A stretch of 44,477 nt of DNA from a virus (Duplodnaviria; Caudoviricetes), in IMG/VR virus record IMGVR_UViG_3300048577_000131, positions 1 to 44,477 of that record. One strand, written 5' to 3'. The number at the start of each line of letters is the position of its first letter. Position 1 is the first letter of the stretch. The notes beneath the pieces are model-generated. The model did no database searches. It had not been told where the DNA came from and saw only the letters and a list, made by a program, of their open reading frames with translations. A program made the position numbers and the translations under genes. Of this stretch, positions 1 through 7,366 are shown in pieces.

Positions 1-137
1 CCCTCCTGTGCTGGGGGTTGTGACGCTTTGCGCGTGTGTACTCACGCGCACGTCACTTACTTAGATCAAGTCACCAAATCACAACACGCTGCGTGTGTAG
101 CAACTGCATATTCCACGGCACGCTACCAGAGGCTTTC

Positions 138-1238
138 CTACAAGCCAGCTTGATTGAGACGACGCTCGATCGCAGCGACCTGGTGTGCCAATCCGCGAGC
201 GATGAAGGCCAGCAGCTCGTCCATTCGAAACGAGTACCGGTTGCCGGCAGGACTGTACTCCTGCACGACCTCGAACCCCGCCTCCCTCGCCTCCTGCAGC
301 AAGTTTCCGAAGTCGTCCACGACCTGCGGCATGGCGCCCCATTCCTCGCGGATCTCCGGCTGCTCGTCCCATTCGTCAAAGCAGATGAAGCCGTAGGCAA
401 ACGGGTCCAGGCCGTGAGCCTCCAGGATCGCCACGGCTCCTTGGACCGTCATGCCGATATGCTGCCGCGCCAGCTCCCCCTTCTCCTGCACCATCGTGAG
501 CCACCGGTAGGCCCCAATCTCGCGCCCCAGCTCGATGGCCGCGGCGATCTCGGCGGCGGTCAGTTCGCGCACGGGGGTCTTCTCCCGCGCGTCCGAGGTG
601 TTGATGGTGCCAGTGGCTGCGTACATCACACCCCAGCGGCGGCTGGCTGATCCGACGCTGGAGTAGTTGTCCGCGTTCGGGACCACCGTGCTGGAACTCT
701 CGAAGCCGCTGATCAGGTTGCGGAAGAAGCCATCCGCTCCCAGGCGGAAGTAGTCCGTGGTGCCGAACCTGATGAACACCCCATTTGCATCGGCGCGAAG
801 CCTGGCGTTCCCGGTGCCGATAAGGACGCCAGACGCACCGGAAAACCGGTTGCTGTTGCCGGAGAACTCCTTGTCGCCGCTCACCGTCTGGCTGTTGGCC
901 AGAGTGACGACGTCCGCAGGACCGAGGCTGGACGACGCCCAGGAGGTGATGTTCGAAGGGATCGAGAACAGATTTGTGCCCCAGGTAGCCCCGACCGTGG
1001 CTCCCGTGGCAATGCCGGCCAGCTTCGTTGACTGGGCGGTCGTGAACCCCTGGTACCCCGCCGCGTAGGTAACGGTCAGGGTTCCCGAGGTCGTGACCGG
1101 ACTTCCCGAGATCGAGAAGCCGGCCGGCATCGAGATAGCGACGGACGTGACGGTCCCTCCTGCCCCCGCCACCGTGTCACCAGCAGGCAGCTGGACTGTC
1201 TCTCCGGCGACGCGGACGAGCGGCCTGCGCTGGGTCAC
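138..1238 (-). CDS. Tail fibre/receptor-binding protein with C-terminal intramolecular chaperone (peptidase S74-type)
   Basis: TINTSDAREKT cleavage motif, IGMTVQ, YGFICFD, RYSFRMDEL and coiled-coil end; G/S/T-rich fibre body; GTG start abuts upstream TAA. Confidence 0.88.
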   Translation of the reverse strand: MTQRRPLVRVAGETVQLPAGDTVAGAGGTVTSVAISMPAGFSISGSPVTTSGTLTVTYAAGYQGFTTAQSTKLAGIATGATVGATWGTNLFSIPSNITSWASSSLGPADVVTLANSQTVSGDKEFSGNSNRFSGASGVLIGTGNARLRADANGVFIRFGTTDYFRLGADGFFRNLISGFESSSTVVPNADNYSSVGSASRRWGVMYAATGTINTSDAREKTPVRELTAAEIAAAIELGREIGAYRWLTMVQEKGELARQHIGMTVQGAVAILEAHGLDPFAYGFICFDEWDEQPEIREEWGAMPQVVDDFGNLLQEAREAGFEVVQEYSPAGNRYSFRMDELLAFIARGLAHQVAAIERRLNQAGL

Positions 1239-1754
1239 TTACAGCACCACGTAGTCGTAGTCGTCCGTGACCAGCTCCGTGGCGCTCTTGGCCATGCCCA
1301 GCTTCTGGTCGATCTTGCCGGTGTTGCCGGCGTCGGCCGCGTCCAGCGGCACTGCGATGATGCCCCCGGCAGTGCCCAGGTAGTAGTTGGTGCCAACCGT
1401 CAGGCCGGTGAGCGCGTCGTTGACCGAGTCGAGCGGGTAGCCCGTCCCTTCCGCATCCGCGGCGACGGACTCACGCACGAAGCCGTGGGCCGGGCGCGCG
1501 TTGGAGTTGTCGGCCAGGCGCGCCTTCAGGACGCCGCCGTCGGAGAACCGGTTGTAGAACTTGCCGGCGCCGATCGCCTCGCTGGCGATGATCGGCTCGC
1601 TCGGGTCTGCGCCCGGGTCGTACATCGACGGATCCAGTTTGCCGTCGCTGCCAAGGGCCGGGATCTTGCCGGCGTCGCCAGCACCAGCCGAGGCGATGAC
1701 CGGCGTGTACTGCTTGGTCTCGCCGGCGTTCCGATAGAGGACCTTGTCCACCAT
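1239..1754 (-). CDS. Virion fibre/adaptor protein (beta-clip/cement-like domain)
   Basis: 171 aa, Gly-rich; GLTVGTNYYLGTAGG...QKLGMAKSATEL pattern; in operon with tail fibre. Confidence 0.65.
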   Translation of the reverse strand: MVDKVLYRNAGETKQYTPVIASAGAGDAGKIPALGSDGKLDPSMYDPGADPSEPIIASEAIGAGKFYNRFSDGGVLKARLADNSNARPAHGFVRESVAADAEGTGYPLDSVNDALTGLTVGTNYYLGTAGGIIAVPLDAADAGNTGKIDQKLGMAKSATELVTDDYDYVVL

Positions 1755-1763
1755 TGCTTGCTC

Positions 1764-2492
1764 CTATGCCAGCTTCACTGGCTCATCGAAAGTGAGGTTC
1801 AGGCGGGTCGGCAGCGGGGCGTACCCGACCACGATTTCCCAGCCGGTGGTCGGCGGGGCCTGGGTGAGCGCGCCGTTGGGCCCGGCGAACACGAATCCGG
1901 GGAACCACGACCAGCTAGCGTCATCGATCGATCCGCCGGCCTTGATGCTGATCGCGGCGCCTGCATCGCCCGCGGTGATCGATACGCCCAGCATCCCGGC
2001 GACCGACGCCGCGTCCGTGGGATCGAGGTGGCGGACGCCATCGGCGCCCTCCGAGACCAGCCGCAGGGCCGATACCGTGGCCGCGGCGGGGCGAACCAGG
2101 GGGGCCAGCGAGACAACCGGATCACCAGCGACACCATCGGCGTTCTCGACTTGGATGCCCTCGCCGGCCGCGATCGAGCGCTGGTGCCACGCCCCGTCGC
2201 TTCCACGCGCGGCCAGGCCCATCCCGGCCAGAGCTGCCAGCTTCTGCAGGTTCGCCGGCACCTCGCGGACGAGCCTCCAGACGGTCGATGCGATGCCGCC
2301 GGTTGAGCCGCCAGTGCTGCCCCCCGAGCTCCCGCCGGCCTGGCCGCCTGAGTTGCGGATCTGAGACTCCTGGACCAGAGAGCCGTCCGGCCAGCGCAGA
2401 TCCTTGCCGACGGTTGCCCCGTTGGTGCCATCGCCACCGACGCGGACGACGCGCCCGAGCTGGTCCTTCAGCTTGATCTTCGTCCCGGCCAT
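1764..2492 (-). CDS. Virion fibre/adaptor protein (C-terminal domain paralogous to 1239-1754)
   Basis: TGATG overlap with Rz stop; Gly-Ser linker; WSWFPGFVFAGPNGALTQAPP...VGYA pattern. Confidence 0.65.
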   Translation of the reverse strand: MAGTKIKLKDQLGRVVRVGGDGTNGATVGKDLRWPDGSLVQESQIRNSGGQAGGSSGGSTGGSTGGIASTVWRLVREVPANLQKLAALAGMGLAARGSDGAWHQRSIAAGEGIQVENADGVAGDPVVSLAPLVRPAAATVSALRLVSEGADGVRHLDPTDAASVAGMLGVSITAGDAGAAISIKAGGSIDDASWSWFPGFVFAGPNGALTQAPPTTGWEIVVGYAPLPTRLNLTFDEPVKLA

Positions 2493-2956
2493 CACTGCGC
2501 CACGTAGGCCCGGATTACGGCTTGGCAGGCCGCGAGTTGGTCGTCTGCGTCTCGGCCGGCTCGAACAACAGCCCCCGCAAACTCCGCTCGGCGCTGGGCG
2601 GCCGCATCACGTTCGCGGGCGGCGGCACTGGCGTCGGACAGACGCTGGGTTTCGCAGCTCGCCCAGCCGTCGCGCAGCCGGAGATTGCCAGCACGCAGGT
2701 CAGCAACAACAGCATCAGCGACGGCCGGGGCCGCGGCGCGGGCTTGCTCATGGGTCTCTCCGATCTTGGCCAGGGTGTCGGCCTGCTGGTGCTCGGCGCT
2801 GCGAGCGGTTTCGACGGCCTTGGTCTCGGCCTGGGCCTGCTTGGTGGCCTGCCGGCTCTGGGCCAGATCGGCAGAGCGGTCGCGCCACTCTCGACCCAAC
2901 AGGCAGCCAGCGAGGAACAGCAGGAAGCCGGCCAGGAGATGCGCCCGGGTGATCAC
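2492..2956 (-). CDS. Inner-membrane spanin (Rz-like)
   Basis: N-terminal TM, Ala/Gln-rich coiled coil, ADLRAGNLRLR motif, C-terminal ACQ; follows holin. Confidence 0.88.
   Translation of the reverse strand: MITRAHLLAGFLLFLAGCLLGREWRDRSADLAQSRQATKQAQAETKAVETARSAEHQQADTLAKIGETHEQARAAAPAVADAVVADLRAGNLRLRDGWASCETQRLSDASAAARERDAAAQRRAEFAGAVVRAGRDADDQLAACQAVIRAYVAQ
2515..2751 (-). CDS. Outer-membrane spanin lipoprotein (Rz1-like), embedded in Rz in another frame
   Basis: Hydrophobic signal with lipobox ISG-C, Pro-rich mature region (CPTPVPPPANVMRPP). Confidence 0.82.
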   Translation of the reverse strand: MSKPAPRPRPSLMLLLLTCVLAISGCATAGRAAKPSVCPTPVPPPANVMRPPSAERSLRGLLFEPAETQTTNSRPAKP

Positions 2957-3249
2957 TGCGGCACCTCGATGTTGTGCTTCTTCAGCTCGAACTCCAGGCG
3001 CATGATCCGCATGGTCAGTTCGTAGACCTTGGCCTCAGCGTCCCGCCGCGCCTTGCGCTCCTCGTCCAGCCCGTTCTCCAGCGTCACAAGCCGAGCCTCT
3101 TGGGATGCGATGCGCTCTCCCAGCTGGCCGACCAGCGCGTCGCTGGCCTTGCCCTCCGGCGACAGAAAGCGGTCCCAGGCCACCTTGCCCAGCAAGAGCA
3201 GCAGTCCAAGCCCGCTTCCAACACCCCAGACGGTCGCGTCGTCCATCAC
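2953..3249 (-). CDS. Putative holin
   Basis: 98 aa, N-terminal TM plus coiled coil, between endolysin and spanins with overlapping start/stop codons. Confidence 0.65.
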   Translation of the reverse strand: MMDDATVWGVGSGLGLLLLLGKVAWDRFLSPEGKASDALVGQLGERIASQEARLVTLENGLDEERKARRDAEAKVYELTMRIMRLEFELKKHNIEVPQ

Positions 3250-3686
3250 GCCAACGCCTCCCGGACGCCGGCTGCGATCACCGGCTCCGGCCAGAACAGG
3301 CCGCCGTTCTCGTGCCGCGCAATGGCCATGACCAGCCGCCCAAGCGTCACCTGCCGGTCCAACCGGATGATCTCGGTTGCACCTACGCCAACCTCTCTGG
3401 CCACCTGCCGGACATAGGCACCAGTGTCGTTTTCGACCGGCGGTGCCCAGCGATTGATGATCTCCTTGACCGTCCTCAGCCCGTGCTTGCGCTGGTAGGT
3501 CAGCAGGGTCTTGGCTAGCGCCCGGAACCCCGCCTGCGGCGTCAGGAATACGCAGAAGCGCGGCTCACGCTTGATCGCCTCGGGGCTGCGATCCTCGCCC
3601 TGCCAGGCAACCGCAGTGCGGTCGATGTTCCCGGGGTTGTTGTTACGCACACCCCGGGGAGTCTTCTTGTTCGCTTGCTGGCCCAT
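3246..3686 (-). CDS. Putative endolysin (RNNNPGNI lysozyme-like family, often labelled structural protein P5)
   Basis: RGVRNNNPGNI, RWAPPVENDT..Y, IARHENG motifs; first gene of lysis cassette. Confidence 0.75.
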   Translation of the reverse strand: MGQQANKKTPRGVRNNNPGNIDRTAVAWQGEDRSPEAIKREPRFCVFLTPQAGFRALAKTLLTYQRKHGLRTVKEIINRWAPPVENDTGAYVRQVAREVGVGATEIIRLDRQVTLGRLVMAIARHENGGLFWPEPVIAAGVREALA

Positions 3687-3710
3687 GCCCTGCCCCGTTC
3701 CGTTTCGGAC

Positions 3711-3741
3711 ATGCTGGGGCAGTGGGGATCCGGTTCAACGG
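3711..3741 (-). promoter_or_regulatory. Putative late promoter (lysis)
   Basis: CCG-TTGAAC-N16-CAGCAT upstream of endolysin. Confidence 0.6.
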
Positions 3742-3814
3742 GCAAGAAGCCCAAGAGGGCAGCCGAGGGGTAAGCTGGCAGGCACGACCCAGCCAGCCCA
3801 CCACGGACAGACTT

Positions 3815-4297
3815 ATGGATAAGCTCAACCGCGACCTGCAACGGACGCTATTGGAAGCCCTTGCCGCCTCTTACCCTGAGCCGGTCTATGCGGACTTCCT
3901 TCGTCAGCATGCGCCCGGCTCCGAACTCGAGGTGAACATCGCCTACCTAGGCGAACACGAGCTTGTCGTTGCGTCGTTCATGGGGACCCTGGATGGGGGA
4001 AATCCACTCATGACGGCCAAGATCACGGCCAAGGGGCTGGACTTTCTTGCTGACGATGGTGGCCTTGGCGCCATTCTAGGCGTGCTTACCATTCGGCTCC
4101 ACGAAGACTCCATCAAGCAGCTGATTGCGAGGCAGATCAACGCGTCTGACCTAGCCCCGCCCGACAAGAAGCGATATCTCGATCGGCTGCGAGAGCTGCC
4201 TGCCGAGACCACCAAACACCTTGTACTGAAGATGGTTGATGCTGGTCTAGAGAACTGGCAGAAAGCACTTCCACTGCTTCAAAACATCTTGGGGTAG
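3815..4297 (+). CDS. Moron: hypothetical protein with N-terminal winged-helix-like region
   Basis: ATG 3815; ITAKGLDFLADDGGLGAIL motif; opposite to late strand; TAAGCT -10-like at 3771. Confidence 0.75.
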   Translation: MDKLNRDLQRTLLEALAASYPEPVYADFLRQHAPGSELEVNIAYLGEHELVVASFMGTLDGGNPLMTAKITAKGLDFLADDGGLGAILGVLTIRLHEDSIKQLIARQINASDLAPPDKKRYLDRLRELPAETTKHLVLKMVDAGLENWQKALPLLQNILG

Positions 4298-4415
4298 AAG
4301 GCATCCGGCGGAAGCGGATGTAGGTTTCCGCGTTGATTTTGACGAGGAACTCGTCCTCGTGAGCATCAACGCCGTCGAAGAACAGCCCGCGAGGGGCGAG
4401 TACTACGGCTTCCAT
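4137..4415 (-). CDS. Possible small ORF downstream of late-type promoter, overlapping 3' end of moron
   Basis: ATG 4415 about 30 nt after a -10; 160 bp antisense overlap lowers confidence. Confidence 0.25.
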   Translation of the reverse strand: MEAVVLAPRGLFFDGVDAHEDEFLVKINAETYIRFRRMPSTPRCFEAVEVLSASSLDQHQPSSVQGVWWSRQAALAADRDIASCRAGLGQTR

Positions 4416-4447
4416 CGGGTGACCTGGGCTGGCGGCTGTGATGAATG

Positions 4448-4478
4448 AAGCTACAGGGCCACAGCCGGCGCTCAACGG
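4448..4478 (-). promoter_or_regulatory. Putative late promoter upstream of lysis region
   Basis: CCG-TTGAGC-N16-TAGCTT. Confidence 0.55.
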
Positions 4479-4643
4479 GGCAGCGGGCGCCCCACCAAAG
4501 TCGCCCTCCCCCGGCACTGACCCCGGGTCAGCGCCACCTAGGGCCGGCGCACAGCCCGAATGAGCGCCGGGCAGACCGGCCCCCTGCCCTCCCCGCCACC
4601 CGGTGGTAGGATTCGGCCCATCTAAGGATGGGGGGATAGGGAA

Positions 4644-5189
4644 ATGAGCATTCGAACGACTGTTGTGGCCGTAGCTGCGGCTTCCGCATTGACTGGCTGC
4701 ATGAACCTGGCTACCAAGCCAGCGGAAATCACCGGCTCGTACACGTCGGACGTGAAGTATCAGAGCTACACCTGCGAACAACTCGGCGTCGAGGTGAACT
4801 CGCTGGCCCGCAGGGAAGATCAACTCGCCATTGCGCAGGAGCAGCGCCGCAAGAGCGGAAAGGTGCAGGCATTCTGGCTCGGCTACGGAACTGGCGACGG
4901 CATTGAGGCATCTGAACTCGCAAATGTCCGCGGGGAGAAGGAGGCGGTCCGCCGTTCCATGGACAAGAAGGCATGCGGCGGACCTCAGCAGGCAATTGCG
5001 TCAGCGGCGTCTGCTTCCGCCCATGTCGAGTCAACTGCCCCGGCGACTGGTGCCAGTTCCAGTTGGCGCAGTTGGGGATCGTCCGGCGCGGCGCAAGGCC
5101 AGCAGAAGACGCTTTACCGGTGCCCCGGTGCCAACGGAGCGGAGGTCGTGTCCGAAACACCAGCGGCGGGGTGCATCGTCATCAAGTAA
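4644..5189 (+). CDS. Moron lipoprotein
   Basis: Signal peptide with lipobox LTG-C; paired Cys; C-terminal YRCPGANG..SETP..GC segment; extended -10 TGGTAGGAT at 4604-4612. Confidence 0.85.
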   Translation: MSIRTTVVAVAAASALTGCMNLATKPAEITGSYTSDVKYQSYTCEQLGVEVNSLARREDQLAIAQEQRRKSGKVQAFWLGYGTGDGIEASELANVRGEKEAVRRSMDKKACGGPQQAIASAASASAHVESTAPATGASSSWRSWGSSGAAQGQQKTLYRCPGANGAEVVSETPAAGCIVIK

Positions 5190-5196
5190 GGGAATT

Positions 5197-5228
5197 GCTA
5201 CCACCCCCTCCCGCAGGGTGGTAGCTTT
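5197..5228 (+). terminator. Hairpin after lipoprotein gene, overlapping an extended -10 for the next moron
   Basis: GCTACCACCC-N9-GGGTGGTAGC then TTT; TG-G-TAGCTT at 5219-5227. Confidence 0.5.
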
Positions 5229-5260
5229 GCCGGGTCTAGGGATGGGGGATGGGGATGGGG

Positions 5261-5629
5261 ATGGACAAGCCAAAGATCATGGCTCTATTGATCTGCCTAG
5301 GATGCCCATGGCAATCCTCAGCACAGGTCATGCAGACCACTGGCGACCTCTACCAGACCTGTAAAGATGCTGACTTTGAACGGCTAGGCGATCTTTCAGC
5401 GGCAGCTTGCGGCTACTACATGGCCGGAGCAACTGAAGCCATAGTGATAGCTGGTCAATTAGGCTCTCATCGAAGCTATTGCCTACCCTCGACCATTTTC
5501 CCAAAGCAGGCCGCCGCTGTTTTCGTTAAATGGGCAGAAAAGAACCCAGAGCAATGGCACTACCCCAGAGCTGCCGGCTTGTTCAACGCACTGTCGGAAG
5601 CATTTCCCTGCTCCCCGCGCCAGAACTAG
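5261..5629 (+). CDS. Rap1a/Tai-family immunity protein (periplasmic)
   Basis: Signal peptide; TGDLYQTC, CGYYMAG, YCLP, KWAEKNPEQWH, ALSEAFPC match the Rap1a pattern. Confidence 0.88.
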   Translation: MDKPKIMALLICLGCPWQSSAQVMQTTGDLYQTCKDADFERLGDLSAAACGYYMAGATEAIVIAGQLGSHRSYCLPSTIFPKQAAAVFVKWAEKNPEQWHYPRAAGLFNALSEAFPCSPRQN

Positions 5630-5638
5630 AATCACATC

Positions 5639-5698
5639 ATGAGCCAACCCACAGACATCCAAGACGCCGAGATAGTCCCCACTACCGTGGACGCAAAG
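5639..5698 (+). pseudogene. Probable truncated moron 5' end
   Basis: TAGAAT -10 six nt before ATG (MSQPTDIQDAEIVP), but the frame runs into a terminator after about 20 codons. Confidence 0.35.
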
Positions 5699-5728
5699 AG
5701 AACCCGCCGAGAGGCGGGTTCTGTGTTT
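5699..5728. terminator. Bidirectional intrinsic terminator
   Basis: AGAACCCGCC-GAGA-GGCGGGTTCT between convergent units, T-rich on both sides. Confidence 0.75.
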
Positions 5729-5798
5729 AGGGCGCAGCAGTCAGGCCATCAGCGGGCCAGCATCTATGCCCAGGGGATGTCAGCGCCGGCAGTCCCGA

Positions 5799-6074
5799 TC
5801 ATGCCGCCGCCCTCGCCACAACAGCCTCTTTGCTGAACTCATTCTGTTGCTTGATCAGGCAATCAAGCCCATTCGCCCAGTCCTGCACAACGTAAAGCCC
5901 CATCTCGGCAAGATCGCTGATGTTCCTGCCCTTCTCGTTCCTGATTGCCGAAAACAGCGCGCCGATCTGATTCAGCTGCGCCTGGCACACCTCCAACTCG
6001 CTCAGCAGGCTCTGGATGCGGCTCTCCAGCTGCGCCTCGCGTTCACTGCTACCCGCTACAATCTTGCTTGCCAT
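5799..6074 (-). CDS. Hypothetical helical protein, last gene of arc-ant operon
   Basis: RBS GGGAG, ATG 6074, 91 aa coiled-coil-like. Confidence 0.65.
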   Translation of the reverse strand: MASKIVAGSSEREAQLESRIQSLLSELEVCQAQLNQIGALFSAIRNEKGRNISDLAEMGLYVVQDWANGLDCLIKQQNEFSKEAVVARAAA

Positions 6075-6139
6075 GATCGTCTCCCATTAGACGGTTGTGG
6101 TAGGCCGGGCCGGGAGTCCTACCTCCCGGTTCGGCCGCT

Positions 6140-6352
6140 TTACTTCTTGATGTGGTCTTGCAGTGCCGCGATCAGGCGTTCAGCGGTGGCGTTGTCCAGC
6201 GTCACCGCGTCCACCCCGAGCTCAAACGTCGCCTGCAGCCGATAAATGATCTCCGCACTGATTGATCGGCGACTCTCTGCCGCAGCGACCACAAGCGCTT
6301 GCTGCAAATCAGCCGGGAACCTCAGCTTGAATTGCGCGTACGTGCGACTCAT
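6140..6352 (-). CDS. Arc-family ribbon-helix-helix protein
   Basis: QFKLRFPADL...RRSISAEIIYRL; ATGA overlap with antirepressor. Confidence 0.85.
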   Translation of the reverse strand: MSRTYAQFKLRFPADLQQALVVAAAESRRSISAEIIYRLQATFELGVDAVTLDNATAERLIAALQDHIKK

Positions 6353-7128
6353 GCCGCAGCATCCAGTGGATAGGGGAACAGCGCGCCAATGTCTATGTCA
6401 TAGACCGAAAGCCACGCCCCAGCCGGCCAAGCCTTCACGCTGCCATACCGCTCATCCATCACGTCCACCGCGCCAACTCCGTTGGCTTTGCTCCACGCCC
6501 GAAGCCCAACATAGGCATTCTTGGCGAACTTGGTGCCGATGGCCTTCTCCACTGCGATCACCGTGGCGTGGCGACTATTCCTGCCCAGCTCGTCCCGCAG
6601 CCGGTTTGCCTCACGGACAGCCGCTGAAGCCCTTGCCATTGCCGTAGCTTCGCGCCGGCTGCCGATTTCCGCCTTAGTGGCAATTGCGTGATCCCGCTCC
6701 TTCTCCACCTCAATCCGCCGCTGCTCTGATTCCAGCGCAGCCTGCAGGATTTCCAGCTTGGTCAACTCCCTCGGCTGGGCCTGCTTCTGCTCCAGCTCAG
6801 TCATCCGGTCGAACACCACGGCCTGGATCTCGTAGCTGTAGCTCATCGCCATCAGGCAAGCCTCCCGCTTGGGGAAGGTGTAGAGCGGATTGGCCTTACC
6901 GTTGCTAGCGGTGTAGTAGCCGGAAAAATTTCCGGCTACTGCCGCACCGAGGACTTCGGGGACCTTCTTCAGGAAATCCGAATGTTCCAGCTTGGCGTAA
7001 CCCTTGGACGGGAACGCCGCGCCCTCCAGCCGGGCTTGCTCTGCCCGGAACTCGTTCACGAATTCGACCAGTTCCAAGCTGGTCATCGTCACTTGGGCAT
7101 CGCCCTGCCCGATCACCAGCCCGTTCAT
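6349..7128 (-). CDS. Antirepressor-like protein (Rha-type N-terminus)
   Basis: MTSLELVEF, HSDFLKKVPEVL, FPKREACLMAMSYSY; TKAEIGSRREATAMA C-terminal region; downstream of arc. Confidence 0.8.
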   Translation of the reverse strand: MNGLVIGQGDAQVTMTSLELVEFVNEFRAEQARLEGAAFPSKGYAKLEHSDFLKKVPEVLGAAVAGNFSGYYTASNGKANPLYTFPKREACLMAMSYSYEIQAVVFDRMTELEQKQAQPRELTKLEILQAALESEQRRIEVEKERDHAIATKAEIGSRREATAMARASAAVREANRLRDELGRNSRHATVIAVEKAIGTKFAKNAYVGLRAWSKANGVGAVDVMDERYGSVKAWPAGAWLSVYDIDIGALFPYPLDAAA

Positions 7129-7280
7129 GCGGCCTCCTTCTGCTCGGCCCGCTCCTTCCGCTCTTGGATCGCAATCACGATCTCAGCGGTCAGGCTCCTA
7201 CGATTCTTCTCCTTCTGGGCTTCCAGCCATGTCCTCAGGTCATGAGGGAGCCGGAAGTTGACCTGTACATCGGTACGCAT
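7125..7280 (-). CDS. Arc-like repressor
   Basis: VQVNFRLPHDL...NRRSLTAEIV; RBS AAGGAG; ATG 7280. Confidence 0.85.
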   Translation of the reverse strand: MRTDVQVNFRLPHDLRTWLEAQKEKNRRSLTAEIVIAIQERKERAEQKEAA

Positions 7281-7311
7281 CACCGTTCTCCTTTGTGGTA
7301 GTACGGTGGTA

Positions 7312-7340
7312 GATATACATCCGTGATACATGGCTGTCAA
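7312..7340 (-). promoter_or_regulatory. Pant-like sigma70 promoter for arc-ant operon
   Basis: TTGACA-N17-TATATC; ATGTAT and CTACCAC direct repeats nearby as candidate operators. Confidence 0.7.
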
Positions 7341-7366
7341 CCACGGTGATGCACTACGATTGCCGG

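Noticed and set aside
138-1238. Diversity-generating retroelement or invertible tail-fibre cassette
   Set aside because: No reverse transcriptase, invertase or TR/VR duplicate seen in the window; sequence to the left cannot be assessed.
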